A stretch of 64,000 nt of DNA from assembly GCA_904063045.1 (NCBI GenBank), contig CAJFCJ010000012.1, positions 2,574,987 to 2,638,986 on the forward strand, given 5' to 3'. The stretch is from Dimorphilus gyrociliatus (lineage: Eukaryota; Animalia; Annelida). Position numbers and translations under genes: made by a program. This document shows positions 49,508 to 60,938 of the stretch, piece after piece. The stretch's first letter is position 1; every line of letters starts with the position of its first letter. The notes below the pieces were generated by a model. The model did not search any database. It saw nothing but the letters and a program-made list of their open reading frames with translations, and was not told the origin of the DNA.

Positions 49508-51431
49508 CTTGAGATAAGAAGAGAAAAAGTTAAAAATCAACGGGCGTCATCTCATAAAAGATTAGAAAGAAGTATAGATGTGGCTGGCATTGAAAAAAAA
49601 AGACCTCTAAACGTAATTACCGACGATTAGTCGTATAAACGGCTTGACAAGGCCAACAAGTGTCAACGTTTACCCAGTCACGCAAAAACTAACCTCCTTA
49701 TTTAATATATTTAAATTTATTCACGCAATGCTTCTCCTACCCTTTTCCTAACTAGACGAAAAGGAAAATATTATATATTTATTATTCTTAAAGAGAGTGA
49801 GAGAGACAGAGAGAGAAGAGGAGCTTTAGATTAGACCCCCCGCAAACAAATCTAATTGATTATCTGTTGGTCGCTCATTTGGTTTGTTTGCTTCTCAAAT
49901 GAGAGAGAAATGGAGAGAAGAGAACTAAGGGTTGGAAAGACCTATTACGAGTAAATAGTAAGAATAGAAAACTGAGTAGAAAAGAAGGGAATTTAACGAG
50001 AAAGCGTGAGAAAGAGCCTAAGGCCTAAAAACACGACTTTACCGACAAACAACACGACAATTAAGAGTTTATCGAAAGATCAGAGAAATTTACCAAGCCC
50101 CTCTAGGGGGCGTTGAGTAAACTTTGAATAATACAATGTTCTTTTTAGCCGTGTTTATTTTGAGTAGATTGGGACTCTATTACGAGTTTGTAATTGAATA
50201 CTAATGAAACCGAACGTTTGTTCTAAGCTCCAATTGTTTGTCTACAATGTTTTTCATTCCAACTATAAAACTGTGGCAAATTCTGTTATTTCTCTTTTTA
50301 TTTATTTAAATGACCTTCTTCTTTAAAGGCTTTTACAGAATAATTCTATTAATAATAATAATAATAGTAATAATGTTTTTAATACAAAATAGGCCTATGT
50401 TAAAGCTGTCCCCTCCCCCCTCCCCTCACTCTCTCTCTCTTCTATATTATTATACTCATAAAATAAGGTTATAATCCGATTGTTTTCCAAGTATGATTAA
50501 TTGTTGGGTCGTTTGTCAAAAAAAGTAGAGGTCTGCTATTTGTCAAATGCCATGTTCTCCGTCTTGTTTATTTATTCAAAAGGATGTTCAGTTAATTTTT
50601 AACGATACTATGAATATTTTCAATTAAGCGCCAAGAAAGAATACTAATGATTTTTCACGGAAGAAAACTCGTCTTGGAAACAAAAGAATTGAAAGAAACG
50701 ATTTTCGTTTCCATGACAGCCGTCTTTTATATACGAATATATGAATAATTAATTAGCTAATTAAATAGCTAAGTTTCGTTCTATTCTTAATAGTAAAGTT
50801 TTATAGATCGTATTACATAAGAAGGTTTCAAGAAGAGAATGATAAATGATTATTTTATGAAAACTTTCAAATATCAATTATTCCATTCAAATTAACTTTC
50901 ATTTCTCTCTTTTTGTTTGTTTATAAGATGTTTGTAGAGATAAATTTATAATATAACTGTATATATTTGTATCATTTTCTTATACAATTTTCCCATTCAT
51001 TCATTCATCAATCACCTCTCACTTCTGGTCCGTACGTTCTCTCTCTCCCTCCCTCACTACCTCCCCTCCCACTCAATACTTAGCATGCTCTCTCTATTAT
51101 CATAAATTCACTTATTTTATCCTACATTTCCCTCTTAGCTCCCTCAAGCCATCGAGACGAATGCAAACGAAAGAGATCTTGGTCTAGGGCCGTCTTCTCT
51201 AACCTTCAACGTAAAGGACTGGAAAAGAGATTCGAAGTTCAAAAATACGTTACAAAACCAGATAGACGACAACTCGCCGCCATGCTCGGTTTAACCGACG
51301 CCCAAGTTAAAGTTTGGTTCCAGAATCGTCGAATGAAATGGCGCCATCAAAAGGAGAAGGAAGCCAGAGAGAAAAAGGATAGAGAAGAAGAAGAGGTGGA
51401 CGTTGGTGGATCAGAATGCGAGTTTAATTGA
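49042..51431 (+). CDS. HLX: H2.0-like homeobox transcription factor, 3 exons, ~189 aa
   Basis: Exons 49042-49198 (GC donor), 49312-49431, 51139-51431. Has the eh1 motif LKFGIDAIL. The homeodomain [61 protein letters not shown] is nearly identical to vertebrate HLX as recalled. Confidence 0.97.
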
Positions 51432-51594
51432 CTCTTGAACAATTTAAATGTTATCATAATAATAATTATACTATCACCATAATCATTATTCATTATTATT
51501 TCCTTTTCGTTCTCTTATCCATTGTCGTTATTAATTAATTAATTAATTAATAAATTTATTTTTTTCGTTAAACTATAAAGTGTTAATTAAGTGG

Positions 51595-51625
<31 letters not shown>

Positions 51626-53605
51626 AACCCTCCCTCTCGCTCTCTCTTTCCATATCCACTTATCTCCCCCCTCTTCATTTCCTATGGATTGGATTTGATT
51701 TATTTATAAGATTAGATAAGAGAAAATTTATTTTAATCACTTTCCATTACAAACAATAATAACAAAATTAATAGGCTTTAAAATGGAAAAATTCCTAAAG
51801 CTTTAATTACTTTTTTTAACTCCATTTTCACACTTTTTTTATCAATTAAAATATTTGGGTTTTGGCGGGAAATTCTGGAAAATAATCTGTTTTTCTCCAC
51901 AGGAAATTTTCGGCTCTGTAAACCGTCTTTCGAACGTCAAGTAGCGGGAAACTTGTCAGGAAAAGTACGCTTTGACGACAGCGCACACTGAGCGGACACA
52001 TTGAATTGAGAGAGATCGCGTGTTGCGCTCGGGGTGATTATCCTGACATTTCACAGCTGATAAGGTTTTTTTTTCTCCTTTTCAAAATTCCTTTACACTC
52101 ATTTCTGCCAAAGAAAAAATAAATAAAAAAGAACGACGGCTGACGACGGCCATAAAGTGTTCGTTTTAGGCCTATATTAATAGTGTTAGGTTCAAGAATA
52201 AAGAACATATTTAGAATAATTCGTTAGGGTAATACGATCCATCTTCTAACCTTTGTACTATACAACTTAAAAGTGGAGAGGTTACATCATCATTTCTTCC
52301 AGGACTAAACTATTTGGTTTCAAATTATTCAATCAAGTTTTTAAAGGTGTAAAAGAACAACGCTGAACTCGATAAAATCCCTTTTAATCTCTTTAACCTT
52401 AACACCTTTTTAATTAACCAATTAGGTTGTTAATTACGTAAATGAGTTGACCATTTGGAGATTATCTTTAATCCATTGCATATCCTTTAATAGTTGAATT
52501 AATAAATATATTATATGTCTATTTTTATAAAGTTCCGTATCACTTATACCGTCCCCCTCTTTATCTTCCTCCTCCTCCTCCTCCTCCTGCTCTTCTTCTT
52601 CTTCTACCTCTCTTTCTGTACTGCTTTATAAGTTGGCTCAATATCGCGTAAGAATATTTACAAAAACAGGCAAAAAAAATACCTTAACTTTTGTTAAGCA
52701 GATCTAATGAGCCGACGATTATACTAAACAGCCGTCCCAATCGAGAACGCCGTTGAAAGACGTTTATCACGACCGGCGCAATACTATCTACCAGCTGATA
52801 AGGCGTATCGATAAGCAACAAGCTTTACAACGCCTATTTTGCAAGCGGAAGTTAAGTGTTCTAAATCATCGTTTTATCTCTTTACCCGGCGATAGATGAT
52901 AAACACGCAATAGGTGGCGCAATTGACATGCAGCAAAGGTAATTGGATACAACCAACTACCGTCAATTAATAACTTTTCAAGCTCTGGTTAGTAAATAAT
53001 TCCCTATATAAGTATACCACCTATTGAGCCCAATACACTGTGTACTGTATAAACTATAGTATTGACATCAAATAGAAAATAATTGCTCGATAGATGTCGC
53101 CAGCAAAGAGAAGGATAGAAAGACAGAGTGAGAGAGTGATGAGACGAAAAACTTGTTTATTTATAAAGTAATTGAAACATTTGTAGAGAAAAAGAAGAAG
53201 ATAAAATAAGAGAAATGTCTCTGTCTGGAAAAAAATGATAGAGAGAGAGAAAGAGAGGAAATAATGTATTTTATCATTGTGTTCCTGTATTTACACTCGA
53301 AAAAAAGATAGAAAGGAAAATAATGACGAAAACAAATAGACTGAATAGTTATTTATTTATATTGACAGTATTTTTTTCGAGGTGACACGAGAGGGAAGTG
53401 GGCGGAGTTTTAGACTGAAAATAAGAAAGAACCAAATGACCATAAAACATACGTTTTTATTCCAAAGCATAGAATACAAACGAAGGTAAAGGAAGGAGGA
53501 AAAAATATGAAATAATTAATTTTTAGACGGAAAAACACAAGTTGTGTAAAATGAAACAAACAAACAAAAGAAAAATAATAAAAATAGTATAAAAGAAAGC
53601 AATAC

Positions 53606-55442
53606 TTAGGCAGTGCAAACACTCTCGTCGCCTTCCAAAATCTCTAGAACACTTCTTACATTTGGCAATACTCTTCGGATTGACGGTAGATTATCAATTT
53701 TTGAATATTCTATAAATTTTGTGTTCTCTTTAAAAACTTGAACAAAAGCTTCGCTAGATGTCGCTAGGAGCGCGTCCATATCGTATAACTTTCCTGGAAA
53801 TGGACGAGTCTTGACCATCTTCTTAAAAGATGCCAAAAGGCCTAAGGTACCAGTATAAGTTATAAGGTCATTGCCTTTCGCAATTGGCATTGCGTTGTAG
53901 AGGTAAAACGCTATAGAGAGTATAGTATTGATGACAGTCTCATCAGGCGATTGCTGCCAATAGGAAAAAAAGGAAAGAGAATTATTAAAAGATTACTTGG
54001 CAATGTAGGCCTAGAAAGTAAGGACAATATACAAGCGGAATATATTTACCTTATTATTAGGCATCTGATTGTTGGTGCGACGGTTAAGATTATGATTATG
54101 ATTATTATGATTATTATTATTATGATTATTATTATTGCTATTGTTTGCAGTAATTTTACTGAGAAGATGAAGTTTGTTGAATAGGAAATCAATTTCCCTC
54201 GAAAATGAATCGATACTGTTCTTATTCACTTGTATCTTCATTGAAAATGTTGATTTTCTGGAAAGAGCATATGGTTAAATAAATAATTTCTCTTCCTATC
54301 CCTCCCATTGCACTTACTCTTCTGCAGATATAGTTATTGTAGCACCATCTATCTTCTTCTTTGGATTAAATAGACTCGAAATTTGCGTACTTAAAACGAA
54401 TCCGCTCTTTTTTATGTTCCTTCTTCTACAGACGTCAATTAGCTGTTTAATAGTTTTTGCGTTTTGAATATCATCCTTGTAGCCGGGATAATTGTCTACT
54501 TGAGGTCTAAAATTTACCGAAAACATAATGGAGATAGAGAGAAGGCGGAAAGGGAATAAAAAAGGAAAAACTAAAAGCGTACCCGTTAAAGTTCATTATC
54601 ATCGTCTTAATAAGATTAAATACGTATTCAAAATAATTCCAATATCTGACGTTCCTTTCGTCGTTTCTGTTAAGCAAATATGTGTATAGTATACAGTATA
54701 TAAAACGAAAGCGTTTTAGGCCTACTTAATAAAGTTTATATCCATAGTATAACCAGTCTTATCCAATTTGTCGAATCCCATTCTAGATAGCCAAAAGTAA
54801 GGTAAAATACACTGCGCAAGACTCAAGTACTTTGTTGCAATTGAGAACAATAATTGCCAATCTTTTGTTCGGCTAGTAGAAAAATGTTGACCAATTTCTA
54901 TTATAGCTAAGCCAGTTGCTATTCTAACTCTTCTATTCTCCATATATCCATCGGATTGCGGCTGATGATGAGGAAGAAGAAGAAGAAAAAGAATAGTATA
55001 TTTTTTATCATATGACTACTTTTATATATATTAATAATATATTAAAGGTTTTATTCTAACCAGAGTCAACGCTCCCAATTTCCAAGCCTCGCAAAATAAA
55101 TTTTTTAAATCTTTATTTCTCAAATTAGGCGGTAATTGAACATTTGCAATTTCCGGTTTTATACCAGGCTGTTCTATGTAATCCTAATAATGAAAATAAT
55201 AATAGGTAGATTAACAATTTATAAATGTTTTAACATGAAATCAAAGAATTCTTTACCATTTTTGGGAATTCAATAGATTTTATCCAAGAATCTTTAAATT
55301 GGTTAGAAAATTCAGTATCTACGTCAAATTCCATGAAAGGAGTGTCCAAATTTGAGTGGACGTATCTTGAAAACTCTATTGATATTAACAGAAAAAAAAA
55401 GAAGCATACTTAATAAGGATGAAAAGATAAAGAGAGATGGAA

Positions 55443-55492
<50 letters not shown>

Positions 55493-57727
55493 GGAGTGAT
55501 AGAAACAAGTGAGAAATCGATAAAATACCTCGTAAGTAGTTGGCTTTGAGTATTTCATTTGAATATTTCAACTGTAATAAATTTAAATCTTCATAGACAA
55601 TAATTTTTGTAAATTCTTTCACGGAAGAGAAGAGCTTTCCTCTATTAAATAAGGATAATCCATAATAAAGTCTGCATACTTTATTTAATCGATCAATAAC
55701 TAAACATTTCTGAATTAAACAAATTTAAATTAAGAATAAATATTTCATAGTTTATTAAAGAGATTAAGAATTAATCTAACCTCTAAGTCTCTTAAGGCTA
55801 AATCGGTATGACCTGAACTGAAATAGAGTATACCTCTCAATTGTAAAATATCTTTCTTCTTCCTTTGTCCATTCTCTAAGGCAGATGTAAAGTGACTTAT
55901 AGATTTTTTAGTATCACCTAATTCTCTGTCAAAAGAAAAGGAGAAAAAATGATGAAACTAAAATAAATAGGATTAGAAAAGTATTAATTAAGGCAAAGAG
56001 AAATTTTGTATGCTGTGTGTGTGTGTGTGGAGGGAGGGAGGGCGAGAGGGAGGGAGAGGGGAGGACGAAGAAAAAGACTAAGAGTATTAGCCCTAATGAG
56101 ATTTCTTTCTATGATCCAACAAATGAGAGAGAAAAGATGAATATAGAGGTTGAGATGAAACGATTTTGCTCGTATTAATTTAGAAAAGGGGGAAAGATAG
56201 GAAAAGAGATAAGAAAATTACTTATAAGCTTGTCCAAGGTTTATATGAGCGTCTAAATCGTTTGGTGAGATTGCCAAAACTTCCTTAAAGGCTTCGATAG
56301 CATTCTGTAGGAAATAATTGAAAAAGGGGATATACTGTATACTGTTATACTATATATATACATATATATATAATAAACAAGTAAACATATGTAGTATATG
56401 GATAAAACGAACTCTAATTCTTCCTCTGTAAAACATTACTAGTCCTAAATTCAATAAGGCGTTAAGATAATCCTTCGATTCCGGTTCTCTATCCTTCTTT
56501 ATTAAGCATTGTTTAAAGTTTTCTTCGGCAATTTCTAGATTGTTAGTTAAGAAGTTCAATGTTCCACTTAGAAAGTACGCCCTGACAGAGTCGGATTTCA
56601 ACTCCAAGGCAGCTTTTATGTCTTTTAAGGCTAGTTTATATTGACGAGTTTGTATAAACAATTCGGCTCTTCGCTCGTAGAGTTCGGCAGATTTTGGCGC
56701 AATTGTTATAGCTTTAGTCAGATCTTTCTCAGCCTTACGAAATCGATTATGATCCTGACTGAAGAAATGCGAATAAGCTCTACCTAAATAACCAGCAACT
56801 TCGTTAGGATAGTCCTGAAAAAGATGATTAAGAGTACGATTAATTGATTGATTGATTGATTGATTGATTCTTCCTTTTTAGCAACTTACACGAATAACTT
56901 TAGTAAAATGATTAATCGCTTCGTCGCCAAAGTTATTGTTTGTCAGGAGGATCCCATATGCTATAGAAATGTACAGGTGAGCACGGTGGTCTATTGCCAT
57001 GACAAACCTGACGCAGGATTGCGAAGAAGAGAATACAAACCTATTTCAGTATTGAACGCTTCATCGTTCGTAAGGCTTTTAAGGCTATCGCCAGATAGAG
57101 ATAAGGCTTTTGCAGCTTCCTGTGAGAAGAGAAAGAGAGTGTGGTTGTAAATTACTAGAGCTTTTATCCATCTCTCTATCTATCTTTGAACAAACCTTTA
57201 TTTCCGATTTACGGATATTAAAACATTCCGCTTTTGTTTTACCAAAACAATCGTCGGATGGTAAAACGTTCTTTCCTTTAATTTAATAGAATAAACGCAT
57301 TTTCAATAAGATACTTTCAACGATAATAAACATTGTAATAATAATAAAATGGAAATATTTTAAGAATGTACTCACCATTTGTTTCTATTCTAAAATCATA
57401 ATGCAATATTAAAGGTATATCTTCTTTTAAATTAATATTAGGATTATTTAATATAAAATATTCGTTTCGATAATTGTCGTTATCGTTGATTAACTCATTC
57501 TTTTCATTGAGCGATAATAGAGGATAGCAATCAGAGTTCGAATCTATAGCAGATAAACAACCTGAATGGTCGATATTAGTATTTTTCAAATTGATATTTT
57601 TCTCATTGCTTTTGTCATTTAATATATTTTTATTATTTGGTACGTAGAAATTTTCATTTGTCACAGTGATCGTTTGCAAAGAGAAGAGAAAAAGAGAATT
57701 TATCACATGCCTTGGAACTGCTGCCAT
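53606..57727 (-). CDS. TTC13: Tetratricopeptide repeat protein 13, multi-exon, with a predicted signal peptide
   Basis: ATG at 57727 (MAAVPRHVINSLFLFSLQT). Phase-consistent exons give FNTEIAYGILLTNNNFGDEAINHF, multiple TPRs (AYLGRAY, ELYERRAEL, AHINLGQAYKELG, LQLRGILYF), ENRRVRIATGLA, IDGATITIS, and the C-terminal LYNAMPIAKG..GKLYDMDALLATSSEAF..LPSIRRVLPNVRSVLEIL, all matching TTC13. Stop TAA at 53606-53608. Confidence 0.9.
55445..55484. repeat. (AG)n microsatellite in a TTC13 intron
   Basis: Seen directly. Confidence 0.9.
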
Positions 57728-58645
57728 TTTTTGTGCGAAATACCATTGAAAACCGGTTATATATATATATACAGTACAATATATTTTCAAATATCTCCTT
57801 CAGCAGGAAATCATCTATATCGAAGCAATGGCGCCACCTATATTCTTTTACTAAAGAAATTATTGAACATGTGGAAATATGCATGTTTTCAATACGAAAA
57901 AACACCTTTTTCTTATTTGTTTAGCGTTTAGCTTGAACGTTTATTCATTCAAAAATAAAAGATACATAATCATCACGTCAACTTTAACTTGAGTAGTAGA
58001 GTAAGCAATTAAGTGTAGATGAATTGAATGAATGAATGAATGAATGAACGAACGAACGAATTAACTACTTAGTGTTTTATAGTATACTAATGACTTTATT
58101 GTTATATCTACTAAGTATTACTATATTTCAAAATGTACTGTATATAGGTGTATAAAAACGAATTACTTTAGTACAGTAACAACCGTGAAAGCCTTAAAAG
58201 AGATGGAGCGAGAGAGAGAGAGAGAAGAGAGGAGAGGGGATGCTGAGAACTAGGTATGTAGATTGATAAAGGCTGTTTCTATCACCACCATAATCATACA
58301 TCATTTAAAAAATTTTTATCCTTATTTCTTTGTTATCCCTTTGAAAACGGTTTAGAAAGTTTGATGGGTGAGTGGGTGGGAAGAGAGGAAAGAAAGAAAG
58401 GGAAAATAATAGGTTGTAGGGTGGCGAGAGAAAAAAGGTCAATAAAAAGGTCAATTGGAAATCAAATACAAACGTAATAAACAAAGAAAGAATTAAAAAC
58501 ATCTAATTAATTAAAATATCTTTAATTATACACAAAATACTAAAAAAGATGAAAAAGAAAAGAGAAAAAGTGCCGTTTTTTTTGTCTGTTTTTTGTTTTC
58601 AATCTATCTTTCTTTCATATTTATTATTATTATTAAACTTTTCAT

Positions 58646-58950
58646 AAATTTTAATAATTAATCACGTGACCCTTGATTTTAATTTTTTTTTTAAGGTTTT
58701 TTTTTTCGTTTTTTGGGTTGGATTTTTTAGAAATTTTGTTCTTTTTTTTTTGTCCATTTTCTTTTCGTTTCGTAATTCTAGATTTTTTCTTAACCGCCCC
58801 CTCCCCCCGCCCCTATCTTTCTCTAGCTCTATATTTCTTTCTATCGCTATCTCCTCCTCCTCCTCCTCCTCTCTCCTTCTTTAAGGTAATATTTAAGTGA
58901 AAAAATGTTGGCCAATATAATAGAGAGTCACGTGATTAATAATAAAATTT
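58646..58950. repeat. ~24-bp imperfect inverted repeat flanking ~255 bp of T-rich DNA (foldback or MITE-like)
   Basis: Left arm AAATTTTAATAATTAATCACGTGAC (58646-58670); right arm GTCACGTGATTAATAATAAAATTT (58927-58950). The inner 14 bp are perfectly complementary. Confidence 0.6.
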
Positions 58951-58973
58951 ATCTTTATCAAATGTCGATTATA

Positions 58974-59650
58974 TTACGACTTTGAAATACTTTCGCGTCT
59001 GTCCTTCTTTCTTGGAACAATGATTACGGGACAGGGAGCGTTTCTGACGACATATTCGGATACCGATCCCATAATAGCTCTCTTAATAGTTCCCAATCCA
59101 CGTGTTCCTATAACGATCAAATCCGCATTTTCGGAATTGGCCACCGAAAGAATTCCTTCTCCTGGCTTATCGCAGCACTGTCCTCTAATTTTGTATTTAA
59201 TTTTCCTCTGAATGCAGGTTGTTTCGTAATCCTCTTCCAACTTTCTAGTTTTCGAATTCATATCGTCTAAGGTTCTTTTCCAATCATCGACGGGTAGCTT
59301 CATCGGATCTTGAGAGATTATAGAGAGTAAATTAGAGTGGTTAAGATAAGAAGAAGTAGCAATAGTGGTAGTTGCAATGATAAAATAATAAGAAAGAGAA
59401 GAATTTAAAAAAATATTTACTCTTAAAAGAGAAGGAAGGCAATTTTGGGGTTTCCGGGCAATGCGTGAGGATAAGCAGGTCATCCGGTCTATAATGTTCG
59501 GCCAGGAAATCTGCAAAAAATTAATATATATTAAGCTTAATAGAAAAAACTGTGTGCTTTCTGGCGACGGAAGCAATAATATGTTTCCATCTATCTAGAA
59601 ACCTAAGCTAGGTAAACACATTTTACTGCAATATAGAATTATCTAATATC

Positions 59651-59684
<34 letters not shown>

Positions 59685-60938
59685 CTCTCTCTCTCTCTCT
59701 CACTCTTAATATATTGTATACATAAATATAAAGGCCTACTGTACATTAACTTTTCACTTATTATCAAATGTTCAAATAAAAAAAAATCAATTTTTGAACA
59801 AGATAATTTATCTTTTTTTGTTCAAAAGTTCCATTGTTTTATTCATTGTTATCTTTTCTTTTAGTCTTGTTATCTAGGCTTAATAGAAATAGTGAACATT
59901 TACATATGCTTATAGACAGAGTAAATATGTATATTTGTTTGTTCATTCATTCATTCATTCTCTCTCTCTTTCTATTTGTAAATTACATCTAATATATCCA
60001 TCTCGTTCTTTTACAACCTTCTTATATTAGGTTTTATCTTCCGTAATAATAACACTAATTATAGTAATAACACTGGAATCATACGAAAAATATTACGTAT
60101 TTTGCAGTTGTGAATGAATAAAACTGATCATTATTGTGAAATAAACATTTCCTTTTATGGTAATGTACTAATTCCCTGACGTAATGTTACCCAGAGGACA
60201 TTTATGCGTGCTATTTCCAATACTCTGAATCATGATGGCCTACGTCCGTTAGTTCAAAGTCGAATTGCGCAACTTGTATGACCTTCAAATCATTTTCCTA
60301 TTATCTTAGCAAAAGCGAGAAAATTAAATGAATGTGTATTTATAGTTGAGCGTTCTTACAACTCCACGTTGTCTTTAATAAAGAAGAGAGGAAGAGGTGA
60401 TAAAAAGTATAAAGAGACGATGAGATAGAAAATACAGCAAGTTGTAAAAAAGAAAAATGATCATCTCTCTCTCTCTCTTTTCACAGAGAGAAACTTTAAA
60501 TGAATTAGGTGAATTGCTCGTGATCAGATAAAAAGATTTGTTTAATCGATTCTTCTCTCTTTTTTTTTCTATTCGATTAATTCCAGGTTTTTTAAATAGT
60601 AATACAAAAAAAAATAAAAAAAAAAAGAGATATAAGAAAAAGCTTTATCTCGAAAACGCCTATGTCTATGTAAGATAAAAAAAATAAAATAGAAACTTAT
60701 CATAAGAGTCAAATAACCGGTTAAATAAAAATTAAATACAACTACTGGAAGGATATTACTCACATTCGAATGCTAATTTTGCATTCTCGCTAGCGTCTAC
60801 AGCCAATACGACAGCACGTTTAAAAAAAACGTTCGACGAGGAACGACGTCTTCCCTCCGCTCCTTCACCTCCCGAGAAAGTTCTAGCTTTCTCTTCAGTT
60901 TTCTCTGCTTCTTCTTCTCTTGTTCTTGGAGTAGTCAT
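58974..60938 (-). CDS. USP: Universal stress protein A-like protein, 3 exons, ~199 aa
   Basis: Exons 60938-60764, 59510-59421, 59308-58974, totalling 600 nt in frame. Motifs: VVLAVDASENAKLAF, DLLILTH, ADLIVIGTRGLGTIKRAIMGSVSEYVVRNAPCPVIIVP. The G-2x-G-9x-GS ATP-binding motif is intact. Confidence 0.95.

Noticed and set aside
56990-57010. RFX X-box-like ATTGCCATGACAAAC and an apparent TTC13 frameshift
   Set aside because: An extra small exon near 57200-57270 and an 80-nt intron ending at ttctatag|CATATGGG restore a continuous frame. The motif then falls in an intron and has mismatches to the consensus.
56860-57150. 96-aa plus-strand ORF
   Set aside because: It is the antisense shadow of TTC13 exons and an intron.
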